NCBI GenBank assembly: GCA_963766735.1
Contig: CAVYBU010000025.1
Coordinates: 1 to 64,000 of the forward strand
Direction: 5' to 3'
DNA length: 64,000 nt
DNA from: an uncultured Chloroflexia bacterium
GTDB lineage: Bacteria > Chloroflexota > Limnocylindria > Limnocylindrales > CSP1-4
Shown here: one piece after another, positions 53,607 through 64,000 of the stretch
Layout of the letters: the number at the start of each line of letters is the position of its first letter
How positions within the stretch are numbered: position 1 is the stretch's first letter
Program-made: the position numbers and the translations under genes
Notes under the pieces: generated by a model
Told to the model about the DNA's origin: nothing
Seen by the model: only the letters and a program-made list of their open reading frames with translations
The model's database searches: none

Positions 53607-53681
53607 CGGGCCGAAGACACCCCGACGGCGGCGGGACCTGCTCCCGCCGGGCTCCGCCCCGCCGGTCCGTCCGCCCGCGGG

Positions 53682-54119
53682 CTACAGGCGGGTCAGCTCG
53701 TCCGGCTCGTCGCCGGCCACCAGCCGCTCGCAGGTCGGGCAGTGCCAGCGGGCCTCGAGCGGCGTGCCGCAGGCCTCGTGGCGGAGCGGTTCCCCGGTGC
53801 CGCCACGACGGGCGCCCCAGCCGGCCAGCAGCGCCAGCGCCCCGCCGAGCTCCTTGCCGTCCGCGGTGAGGGCGTAGTCCATGCGCGGTGGACGGTGCGA
53901 GTAGGGCGTGGCCACCACGATCCCGGCGTGCTCGAGGCGGCGAAGGCGGGCGGCCAGGATGTTGGGCGCGATGCCGCCGACGGACGCGGCCAATTCGCCG
54001 AACCGGTGCGGACCGGCGAGGAGTGACTCGACGAGCAGCAGGCTCCAGCGGTCCCCCACGCGATCGAGGGCGGCGGCGAGGGCGCTCGGCGGGAGCGGCG
54101 GGACGGTCGGGTTGGTCAT
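53682..54119 (-). CDS. HxlR-family winged-helix regulator with C-terminal HxxC...CxxC
   Basis: VGDRWSLL, RFGEL, GIAPNILAARLR, YALT..G, HEACG...CPTC. Confidence 0.88.
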   Translation of the reverse strand: MTNPTVPPLPPSALAAALDRVGDRWSLLLVESLLAGPHRFGELAASVGGIAPNILAARLRRLEHAGIVVATPYSHRPPRMDYALTADGKELGGALALLAGWGARRGGTGEPLRHEACGTPLEARWHCPTCERLVAGDEPDELTRL

Positions 54120-54170
54120 CGCGGCAATGGTAGGCGAGGGGCTTGCGCAACGTCGTGGATCGATAGTAGA

Positions 54171-54183
54171 TTGCAGATCGCAA
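54171..54183. promoter_or_regulatory. Candidate HxlR operator TTGC-N5-GCAA in the divergent promoter
   Basis: Inverted repeat within an AT-rich patch between the regulator and the protease. Confidence 0.4.
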
Positions 54184-54256
54184 GTAACAACTGACCCGTG
54201 CGACCGGACCGCCCCGCGTCCCGGAGCCGGGTCGCCATCGAGGTCTGTTCGTCCCC

Positions 54257-55153
54257 ATGTCCGTGCTCAGCGAGCTCCAGGAAGCCGTCGCGGCGGTCGC
54301 CGTCGCCGTCGGCCCGTCCGTCGTCGGGATCGGTTCCCGTCTCCGCGGCTCCGGCGTCGTCATCGCCGACGGCCGCATCCTCACCAACGCCCACAACCTC
54401 CACGGTGGCGAGGTCACCGTGCGGTTCGTCGATGGCCGCGTGACGCGGGGCGCCGTCAAGGGCGTCGACTGGGACGGCGACCTGGCTGTCGTCGAGGCCG
54501 ATACGACCGGCGTCCCGGCCATCGCATGGTCGGCTGGCTCCACCACCATCGGGACCGCGGTCTTCGCTGCCGCCGCCACCCCGTCGGGCGGTGCGCGCGT
54601 GTCGTTCGGGTTCGTCTCGTCCATGGAGCGTGCGTTCCGCGGGCCCGGCGGCCGGCGCATCTCCGGCTCGCTCGAGCACACCGCGCCACTGGCGCCGGGT
54701 TCGTCGGGCAGCCCGCTCCTCGACGCCGACGGCGCCCTGGTGGGCCTCAACACCAACCGGGTGGGTGAGGGGTTCTACCTGGCGCTGCCCGCGGACGCCT
54801 CGCTCCGGGCAAGGGTCGAGGCGCTGGGCAGCGGCGAGTCGCGCGAGCGGCCTCAGCTGGGGATCGCGGTGGCTCCGGCGCACGTCGCCCGGCACCTTCG
54901 CCGGTCGGTGGGCCTGCCCGAGCTGGACGGTGTGCTCGTCCGGGCCGTCGAGGACGGGTCGCCGGCCGAGGCCGCGGGCATCGCCGAGGGCGATCTCCTG
55001 GTCGGCGCCGCCGGCCGCCCGATCACGGACGTGGACACGCTCCACGAAGTCCTGCGCGACGCCGGTTTCCCGCTCGAGCTGACGCTCGTGCGTGGCGCGG
55101 AGGAGCGGGTCGTGACGGTGCAGGCTCCGGCGGAGGACGCGGCCGGAGAGTAG
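54257..55153 (+). CDS. Trypsin-like serine protease with PDZ domain (HtrA-like, no signal peptide)
   Basis: GSGVV, LTNAHN, DLAVV, PGSSGSPL triad; SPAEAAGI..GD PDZ. Confidence 0.88.
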   Translation: MSVLSELQEAVAAVAVAVGPSVVGIGSRLRGSGVVIADGRILTNAHNLHGGEVTVRFVDGRVTRGAVKGVDWDGDLAVVEADTTGVPAIAWSAGSTTIGTAVFAAAATPSGGARVSFGFVSSMERAFRGPGGRRISGSLEHTAPLAPGSSGSPLLDADGALVGLNTNRVGEGFYLALPADASLRARVEALGSGESRERPQLGIAVAPAHVARHLRRSVGLPELDGVLVRAVEDGSPAEAAGIAEGDLLVGAAGRPITDVDTLHEVLRDAGFPLELTLVRGAEERVVTVQAPAEDAAGE

Positions 55154-55192
55154 ACGCCGGCCTGGCGCCCTGCGCCTCGAGGCCGGGGCGCG

Positions 55193-55456
55193 TCAGGCCT
55201 CGGCTTCGGCCTCCATCACCGCGAGGCGCGTGTAGTAGTCCGGCAGCTCGGTCAGGTGGGCGAGCGCGATCTTCCCGGTGAGGTACGGATCGTCGCCGGT
55301 CACGTTGGTCGCCGGGTCGCGCCGGCCATGCTCGAGCTCCACGTCGAGGCCCGAGCGGAACTCCTCGAGCCCGAACGGGCTGGTGGTGAAGTCGATGCCG
55401 AGGTGATCGGCGATCTCCTGCGCTTCGGCCGCGCTGAACCCGCTCCTGGCGGTCAT
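55193..55456 (-). CDS. Small conserved protein (DUF5661-like)
   Basis: GLDVELEHG, TNVTGDD, KIALAHL.E.PDYYTRL. Confidence 0.75.
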   Translation of the reverse strand: MTARSGFSAAEAQEIADHLGIDFTTSPFGLEEFRSGLDVELEHGRRDPATNVTGDDPYLTGKIALAHLTELPDYYTRLAVMEAEAEA

Positions 55457-55625
55457 GGATACCTCCTGTGGATGGGCCACCAGCGTTGGCTCGCTCGCGT
55501 GCGGTTCGCAAGGGGCAAGCGGATCATCGTTGGCACGCTCGAGGCGGCTCGACCCTTCTCGACCGGGGCCAGCGCGCCGCGGGACGGGTCGCGCCGCACG
55601 CTCGCGGCGAGTACGCTCCGGGTAA

Positions 55626-57153
<1,528 letters not shown>

Positions 57154-57204
57154 CCGCCGCCGGGGGCGGCTCGGTGGCCATAGGAGCCTGCTAGCATCGC
57201 CGCG

Positions 57205-58818
57205 ATGCGCCGCCCCCCACTCCCGTCCTTCATCGGCGATCTCGTCGCGGATCGCCGCGCGTTCGGCGCCCTCCTTGCGGGCATGGTGGCCCTGTTCGCG
57301 GCCGGCATGGATCCCAAGGTCATGGCGCCCATGGCCACGTCCACGCAGGCGGCGATCCGCGCCCGGCCGGAGATCGAGGGGCTGATCCTCCTGGTCTCCG
57401 TGCTGACTGCCGTGCTGCTGCTGGCCGGCGGGGCGGTCGGCGATACGAGGCGTGCACGGCCGATCCTCGTCGGAGGCCTGTCGGTCTCGCTCGTGTGCGC
57501 GATGGCCGTACTCCTGGTGGTGCCACCCGGTGGGGTCCTGTTCACGATCGTGCGGTTCATCGGCGTCGCCTCCGCGGCCATGGTGATGCCGGTTGCCCTC
57601 GCGATCGCCGCCACCGCGTACACGGGCATCCCAAGGGCCACGGCCATCGGCATCGCGTATGCGGCCTACGGCGCCGGCCAGGGGCTCTCGCCGATGCTGG
57701 TCGCGCTGATCCCCGGCACGTATGCGCCCGCATTCATCGCCTCGATCGCGGCCTCGGCACTCGCACTCGCGGTCGTTCGTGGCCGTGTCCCGGACCTCCC
57801 TCGGCCGACGCGAGCCGAGAAGCCGGTCGTGTACGGGACCGCGCTGTGGGCCTCCGGGGTGGTGCTCATCTCGGCCGGGGTCCTGTGGCTGGGAGCCGGC
57901 TGGGACGAACCGCTGCGGATCGCACTCGTCCTCGGCGGCATCCTGCTGGTCGCCCTCTTCTTCCTCTGGGAGCGCCGCCGGCGGGCCGAGAACGCCGAGC
58001 CCGTCCGCGTCAACCGCCGCCCGGTGACGATCGCGCTGTTCGTGGGCCTGGTCATCGCGCTCGCGCAGATCATCCCGATGTCGCAGCTGCCGCTCTACTT
58101 CGGCGTGGGCATGCAGTACGGCCCGATCTTCGGCATCGTTGCCCTCGCGCCCCTGTTCGCCGCCCTGGTCGCCGCGGGCCCGATTGCCGGCTTCCTCCTC
58201 GCGCGCTACCAGCCGAGGCACCTCATCGCAGGCGGGGTCCTGGCCATCGGCCTCGGCGACATCCTGGTGGCCGCGGTCATCGGACCGACGACGACATACC
58301 TCGCGTTCATCATCCCGCTGGCGCTCGTTGGCGGAGGGTTCGTCGTGGCCACCACGGTCCGGACGGCGATCATCTTCTCCAGCGTTCCCCGGGGCCTGCC
58401 GGCGACCGCGGCGGCGCTCAACGAGGCCTCGGTCGAGGTCGGCACGCGAGCCGGCATCGTCATCGCCACCAGCCTCCTGGCCGAGGTCGCGATCAGGGCG
58501 TACTCGACCTCCCTCGCGGGCCAGCCCCAGGTCGAGGTTGACGGGCTCGTCGCGACGTTCCGGGACGTGCTGATCGTGCTGGGCACGCCCGACTTCAAGA
58601 CCGTGGTCGACGCCCTACCACAGACTGACCTGGTGGAGGCCTACAAGGCCGCGTACTTCACCGGGGTCCAGGTCACCATGCTGGTCGGCGGGGCGGTGGG
58701 CGTCGTCGGTGCCGTGATCGCCTGGATCACGCTGGGGCGGCACAACCCGCTCCGGACGGTGTACGAGCACCGCGACGAGCGGGCAGCCACCGACGAGCGG
58801 GCGGCCGCGACGGGCTGA
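57205..58818 (+). CDS. MFS transporter (DHA2-like, about 14 TM)
   Basis: Long hydrophobic ORF, GAVGDTRR motif A variant, large loop before the last TM. Confidence 0.8.
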   Translation: MRRPPLPSFIGDLVADRRAFGALLAGMVALFAAGMDPKVMAPMATSTQAAIRARPEIEGLILLVSVLTAVLLLAGGAVGDTRRARPILVGGLSVSLVCAMAVLLVVPPGGVLFTIVRFIGVASAAMVMPVALAIAATAYTGIPRATAIGIAYAAYGAGQGLSPMLVALIPGTYAPAFIASIAASALALAVVRGRVPDLPRPTRAEKPVVYGTALWASGVVLISAGVLWLGAGWDEPLRIALVLGGILLVALFFLWERRRRAENAEPVRVNRRPVTIALFVGLVIALAQIIPMSQLPLYFGVGMQYGPIFGIVALAPLFAALVAAGPIAGFLLARYQPRHLIAGGVLAIGLGDILVAAVIGPTTTYLAFIIPLALVGGGFVVATTVRTAIIFSSVPRGLPATAAALNEASVEVGTRAGIVIATSLLAEVAIRAYSTSLAGQPQVEVDGLVATFRDVLIVLGTPDFKTVVDALPQTDLVEAYKAAYFTGVQVTMLVGGAVGVVGAVIAWITLGRHNPLRTVYEHRDERAATDERAAATG

Positions 58819-58913
58819 AGCCGGCGCCGTCGAACTCGCGCCCGCCTGTCGCCCTCGCGCCGGCGCTGACCGCGCCGAGCCTGACCCGCGCCAGGGCGTC
58901 CGCCCCCCGAGAG

Positions 58914-60383
58914 CTACGCCCCCGCGATCTCCGCCGGCACCCCCGGCAGCCCGGCGAGGCCGAACGGCTCGCCCGCCTCGCGGATGCGCGCCACCATCGA
59001 CGCAGCCACCACCGGGTCGATCGCCGGCAGCTGATGGTTCGCGACGATCTCGTCGACCCGCTCCCGGGCCCGGCCGAAGGCATCCAGCCCGCCGGCGTCC
59101 AGCCAGGCACGGCGCGAGTTCCGGTCGATGATCCGGGTGGGCAGGAACTGCTCCGAGCGGAACAGCTTCCGCGTCTCCTGCAGCTCCAGGAACCGGCCCT
59201 CGGGTCCGGCCGCCTCGAAGGATCCGATCGCCAGCGTCTCCGTCGGCGTGCCGATCCCGCGCAGCAGCCGCTGGACCATGCCGATGGCCTCGGCGTCGAT
59301 GACCAGCTTCTCCGGGCTCTGGGCCAGGAGGAAATCCACCATGCCCGGGCCGCTGATCATGTCGATGCCGGCCAGCCCGCCGATCAGGGCCGTCATCCCG
59401 GTCTCCAGGCCCGCCTGCGCGTCGACCACCTTGGAGTCGGTGGCGCCCAGGTAGGCGTGGACCGGCAGGCCCAGGGACTTGCCGACGGCCGCGTAGCCGG
59501 CGTCGATCATCGCCGTCTCGATGGCGCCCATCGGCGTCGAGCCCGTCCGCATGTCCACGATGGTCGGCGCGCCGCCCCAGACGATGGGCGACCCTGCCTC
59601 GGCCAGCTGGTGCAGGACGATGCCGGCCAGGGTCTCGGCGGCGTGCTGGACGATCGACCCGATCAGCGTGACCGGCGAGGCCACCCCGGCCAGGGGCATC
59701 GAGATGAGCTCGGCCGGGACGTGAGCCCGGGCCAGGTCCATCACGTTCCGGCACGCGAACTCGGACCAGGTGAGGGGCGGGGACGGGCAGACGTCGAAGA
59801 CGGCCCGCGGCTTCTCGGCCAGGGCGGCGTGTCCGCCGGCGTCCAGCGCGAGGATCTCCATCATCACCGCCGACCCGTGCGGCGTGAACGCGCCGGTGAC
59901 GACCGGCTTGTCCGAGTGGAGCATGACAAGGAACAGGCGGTACAGGTCGCCGATTTCCGTTGGGACATCGTGGGCGACCATCGAGGTGGAGACCGCGTCG
60001 TAGGCCGCCAGCGAATCGGCGACGCGCGTGAGCCTGACGAGGTCCGCGGCCTGGGACTGGCGGGTGTCCATCGTGGCGGGGTCCAGCACGGCGACGCCGG
60101 ACGAGCCCGGATCGAAGTTGACGACGCCCTGCCCGTAGCGGGCGGCGACCTCGCCCGTGCGGCTGTAGAGGTTGAACGAGCGGGGGACGGTGTCCAGCGC
60201 CCGCCGGACCATGGCCTCCGGGATGCGGACCCGGTCGCCCTCCGCCGTGCCGCCGCCGGCCACGAGGACGCGGATCGCCTCGGGCTCCTCGACCTTCACG
60301 CCGGGTCGGTCAAGGAGGACCAGGGCCTCCCCGACGACCCGCTCGATCAGGGCGGGGTCAAGGAGCTCGAATCGGGGTCGCAT
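58914..60383 (-). CDS. Trimethylamine methyltransferase (MttB) family protein, non-pyrrolysine
   Basis: SPPL, SPVTLIG, DMRTG, GATDSKVVDAQAGLE, EKLVIDAE; no in-frame TAG. Confidence 0.88.
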   Translation of the reverse strand: MRPRFELLDPALIERVVGEALVLLDRPGVKVEEPEAIRVLVAGGGTAEGDRVRIPEAMVRRALDTVPRSFNLYSRTGEVAARYGQGVVNFDPGSSGVAVLDPATMDTRQSQAADLVRLTRVADSLAAYDAVSTSMVAHDVPTEIGDLYRLFLVMLHSDKPVVTGAFTPHGSAVMMEILALDAGGHAALAEKPRAVFDVCPSPPLTWSEFACRNVMDLARAHVPAELISMPLAGVASPVTLIGSIVQHAAETLAGIVLHQLAEAGSPIVWGGAPTIVDMRTGSTPMGAIETAMIDAGYAAVGKSLGLPVHAYLGATDSKVVDAQAGLETGMTALIGGLAGIDMISGPGMVDFLLAQSPEKLVIDAEAIGMVQRLLRGIGTPTETLAIGSFEAAGPEGRFLELQETRKLFRSEQFLPTRIIDRNSRRAWLDAGGLDAFGRARERVDEIVANHQLPAIDPVVAASMVARIREAGEPFGLAGLPGVPAEIAGA

Positions 60384-60441
60384 CGGGGTGAGCCTCCGGG
60401 TGTGCTTGGGGCAGGGCTGGACGGACGGTCGACGAAGGCGG

Positions 60442-61930
60442 TCAGGGCCGGGCGTCGGCCGAGAGGAACGTCGCCGGATCGGCGGCATGGGCGGTGATGA
60501 GCCGGTCCAGCTCGGCGTCGAGCGCCGGCTCCAGCGGCTCGGGCTGGTGGTCTCGCAGGAGGGTCCGGGCGCGCTCGAGCGCCTCGCGGTGCGGCTTCTC
60601 CGGGTCCGCGACCCACTGGCCGTACGGCCGCCGGTCCAGGTACTTCGACTGCCACAGGCCACGCATGTGGGTGCGGGTGTGCGGGAGCGTCAGGTACTCG
60701 CCGCCGGGGCCGACCTCCGCGATCGCCTCCAGCGCCAGCGACACGTCATCGGTCGGGATCCCGCGCAGCATCGCCTTCACGATGCCGTCGATCTCGGTGT
60801 CCAGGATCATCTGCTCGTAGGACCAGATGCGGCTCCCGTGGAGGAGGCCTGCGCCGAGCAGCATGTCGGATCCGGTTGCGGACGCCATGAACGACGACAG
60901 CCCGTTCTCGAGGCCCGCCTGCCAGTCGGAGCTCTTGGCCCCGGTGGCGTACGCGCCCATCGACAGCGGGACGTCGTAGAAGTCGGACAGCTCATTGGTG
61001 GCCGCACCGAACAGGAAGTCCTCCGGACCGCCGCCGGTGTAGGCGCCGGAGCGCAGGTCCATCGCGGTCTGGGCGGCCGCGTAGTAGACAGGGCAGCCGG
61101 GGTAGGCGAGCTGCATGAGGGCCAGCGCGGAGATGACCTCGGCGTTGCCGACCACCAGCGATCCAGCGATCGTGGCGGGTCCGCTGAAGGCACACGACGC
61201 CATCGTCATGTACCCGACCGGGATCCCGGCCTCGGCGGCGACGAGCCCTGCGTCGATCGAGCCGCCGTCATGGGCGAGCGGGCTGATCGTGCACTGCATC
61301 ATCGAGAACACCGGCCGTGCGCGGAGGGCGTCCCGCCCGCCGGCGATCGCCGCAGACATCTCGATCGACGGTCGCCGCGTCCTCGCCCGTCACCACGCTC
61401 TCGCTCTGGGCGTGCTTGGTCGAGTTCCGCCAGACTGCCGCGATCTCCTCGAGGGGTCGCGTCACGGGCGGGCGGTCCTGTGCGGAGACGGCCACCCAGT
61501 GGAACGCGATCTCGTCGAGGGCGTCAGCGACACGGGCGATGTCCGCGACGTCCGCGAGAGTGGACCGGCGCACGTCCAGCGTCCACGGATCCAGCACCTC
61601 GATGCCGCAGCCGTCCGTGGCCAGGTGGACGTGGCGCCCGTCGAGCGGCAGGTCCTGCACGGGGTTCCGGGCAGCCAGGACGTACGAGGGCGGGGCAGTC
61701 TTGAGCGCCGCCTCGATGATGTGCCCGGGGACGCGGACGATCCCGCTCTCCCGATCGACCGTCGCCCCATTGGCGGCCCAGATCGCCTGGGCGCGCGCCG
61801 ATGGGAACCGTACGCCGACGCGCTCGATGACATCCAGGGTTGCCGTGTGGATCCGACGGATCGCGGCCGGCGAGAGGACCTCCAGGCGCGGGCGGGCTTC
61901 TCCGTCCGTCGCTGTCGGTGACGTGGTCAT
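60442..61930 (-). CDS. Second MttB-family methyltransferase, non-pyrrolysine; frameshift near 61365
   Basis: RIHTATL.V.E.VG, ISPL, PATIAG, DLRSG, TGAKSSDWQAG.E, SYEQMILD, VGPGGEYL. Confidence 0.88.
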
Positions 61931-62060
61931 GCATGCCTCCGGCCGGGCGTCGCGCCCGGCATCTACCGGGCCGGTCCCCGGTGGGTCCGGCCGTGCTATT
62001 CCGCGCGGACACGTGGCCCCGGCCTCCCGGCGCGGGCCCGTGTCGCGGGTGTGTCTCAGG

Positions 62061-62723
62061 TCAGGCGGTTGCGGCTTCGGCCCCGAGCAGCTTGCGCGCC
62101 AGCGCGACCGCGCCGATCGCGTCCTCGCTGTACCCGTCGGCGCCGATCTCGGACGCCCAGCTCGCGCTGGCCGGTGCGCCGCCGACGATGACCTTCACCT
62201 TCGGACGCATGCCCGCGGCCTCAAGGGCCTCGACGACGGTCCGCTGTCCGGCCATGGTCGTGGTCAGCAGCGCGGAGACGCCGATGAGGTCCGCGTTGTG
62301 CTCGCGGGCGGCATCGATGAACGATTCCGGGGCCACGTCGACGCCGAGGTCGTGAACCTCGAAACCGGAGGTGGAGAGCATCATCCCCACGAGGTTCTTG
62401 CCGATCTCGTGAATGTCGCCCTTGACCGTGCCGATGACCACGCGGCCGACGACGCTGCGGCTGGTGTTCTGGCGCGCCATCTCGGGCTCCAGGAGGTCGA
62501 TGGCCTTCTGCATGGCGCGGGCGGCCAGCATCATGTCCGGCAGGTACAGCTCGCCGAGGCCGAACTGCTCGCCGACGTACGACAGCCCGGGCACGAAGCC
62601 CCGTTCGATCGCGTCCAGGGGCGGGACCCCGTCCGCGAGCGCCGACTCTGCGAGGGCCGCGGCCGCGGCAGCGTCGCCGTCGATGACTGACTGGCGCATC
62701 GCCGCGAAGATCTCGTCGCCCAT
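62061..62723 (-). CDS. Corrinoid (methyl-carrier) protein, MttC/MtbC-like
   Basis: GTVKGDIHEIGKN (DxHxxG), DLGVDV, SALLTTTM, VGGAP. Confidence 0.92.
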   Translation of the reverse strand: MGDEIFAAMRQSVIDGDAAAAAALAESALADGVPPLDAIERGFVPGLSYVGEQFGLGELYLPDMMLAARAMQKAIDLLEPEMARQNTSRSVVGRVVIGTVKGDIHEIGKNLVGMMLSTSGFEVHDLGVDVAPESFIDAAREHNADLIGVSALLTTTMAGQRTVVEALEAAGMRPKVKVIVGGAPASASWASEIGADGYSEDAIGAVALARKLLGAEAATA

Positions 62724-63083
62724 GTGTGTGCTCCTCCGATCAGACCTGGTGCGCGTCGGCGCTGGAAGTGATTATCGCGGTTGCGGCGCGGTCATGGTCC
62801 GCGGGCGCGCCATGAGGGCTTGCCGTGCGGGGTGGACCAGACGATCGACATACGATGGATACCACCGGTCGCCGCAGTGGTCGATGGTGTGATCCGCCTC
62901 GAGGAACGATCCGTTGCATCGAGACCCGTTTCGGGGCGTAACGAACCACGGACGCCGGTCCCGCGGCGGGGTGAACTCCAGCCTCATGCCCCTGGCAGGG
63001 GCCGCGATAGGGCGTAATGTCCCCAGGGAACGGGCCGATGGACCATCCGGGCCATCCCCCGCGTCCGATGAGACTCACCCTTG

Positions 63084-64000
63084 ATGCCCAACATCGTCCA
63101 CGGGTCCGAGCGTCGCCCGCTCGAACCCGGTCACCTCCTGTTCGACGATGCCGCCGAGCTGGCCGTCGTCGTCCCGGCCTCGTGCCGCAAGACCGGCCGC
63201 TGCCATGAGTGCGTGGTGGAGGTCCGCGCGGGCGGCGACCAGCTCTCGCCGCGCACCGAGGCGGAAGGGTTTCTCGGCGCCGGCTTCCGGCTGGCCTGCC
63301 AGGCGACGGTCGAGCGAGCGGAGCGAGACCTCGAGTTCGTCGTGCTGCGCCGCCGCCTGCGGATCCTCCTGGCCCCGGACGCGCCGGACACCGCGCCGGA
63401 GCTGGATCCCGCGGTGAGGGTCGCGGATGGGCGCATGGTCGCAGACGACGGGACAGACCTCGGCCCGGCCATCGGCAGCCCGGTGGGCGTCGCGATCGAC
63501 GTCGGCACCACGACGGTCGTGCTCGAGCTGGTGGATCTTGAATCGGGGGCCGTCCTCGCTGTCGCCGCCATCGAGAACCCCCAGCGGTTCGGCGGCAGCG
63601 ACGTCATGACCCGGATCTCCTACGACACGGAGATCCCCGGCGAGCTCCGCCAGGCGCTCCGCCGCGCCCTCAACCACGAGCTGAAGCGCCTCTGCTCGGA
63701 GCTGGGCGTGGACCGCCGCCGGCTGGTGGACGTGATGGTCGTGGGCAACCCCACGATGCGGGACCTGGCCTTCGGGCTGGACGTGCGCCCCATCGGGAGG
63801 CTGCCGTACCGGTCCGTGACCGAGACCGCGTGGCGGGACGGCGAGGCGACGACGACGATGGTCACGCGCCGCGCCCACGAGCTGGGCATGCTCGTCAACC
63901 CGCAGGCCCGCGTCACGGGCGGCCCGCTCATCGCCAGCCACGTCGGCGCGGACGCGGCCGCGGACATCGTCGCGGTCGACGCAGTCGCACGCGGCGGCTC
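63084..64000 (+). CDS. Corrinoid reductive activator (RACE/ASKHA, N-terminal 2Fe-2S), partial
   Basis: Manual translation: SCRKTGRCHEC...RLACQ, AIDVGTTT, NPQRFGGSDVMTRI, GNPTM, SHVGAD. Confidence 0.85.
   Translation, partial: MPNIVHGSERRPLEPGHLLFDDAAELAVVVPASCRKTGRCHECVVEVRAGGDQLSPRTEAEGFLGAGFRLACQATVERAERDLEFVVLRRRLRILLAPDAPDTAPELDPAVRVADGRMVADDGTDLGPAIGSPVGVAIDVGTTTVVLELVDLESGAVLAVAAIENPQRFGGSDVMTRISYDTEIPGELRQALRRALNHELKRLCSELGVDRRRLVDVMVVGNPTMRDLAFGLDVRPIGRLPYRSVTETAWRDGEATTTMVTRRAHELGMLVNPQARVTGGPLIASHVGADAAADIVAVDAVARGG

Noticed and set aside
58914-61930. Pyrrolysine recoding in the MttB genes
   Set aside because: No in-frame TAG at the Pyl position; the break in the second gene is a frameshift.
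62724-63083. Possible cobalamin riboswitch between the corrinoid gene and the activator
   Set aside because: No B12 box or other conserved core recognised on either strand; only a -10-like GATAAT.

Overview
High-GC bacterial window, probably from a Chloroflexota- or Actinobacteria-like genome (inferred from composition, gene style and many leaderless genes). About 20 otherwise intact genes carry single-base frameshifts, which points to an unpolished long-read assembly. Positions 1-48.7 kb form one large mosaic surface-glycan locus. It holds a CDP/dTDP-sugar module (rfbF, rfbC, PIG-L, SAF oxidoreductase), a WbpA/B/E/D/I-type 2,3-diacetamido-uronic acid module, a nonulosonic acid module (LegC, NeuD, NeuA, NeuB, PtmE-like, flippase, candidate nonulosonate transferase), galE, a pyruvyl-transferase-like gene, wzy, an AsnB-type amidotransferase, a WbpG/HisF2/HisH2 amidination module, glycosyltransferases, Wzc, a priming sugar transferase, CapD/PglF, DegT and VanZ. 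Four IS remnants are scattered through it. In the middle of the locus are two tandem units, each a c-di-GMP-I (GEMM) riboswitch followed by a membrane-anchored or secreted putative beta-helix protein. This is the most interesting feature of the window. Positions 49-64 kb hold an MBL hydrolase, a membrane protein, a MoaD-MoaE fusion, an orphan lysine 5,6-aminomutase alpha-like gene, an HxlR regulator with a PDZ protease, tyrosine phenol-lyase, an MFS transporter, two non-pyrrolysine MttB methyltransferases, a corrinoid protein and a RACE-type activator (truncated by the window end). All calls come from reading motifs by eye; no database searches were run.
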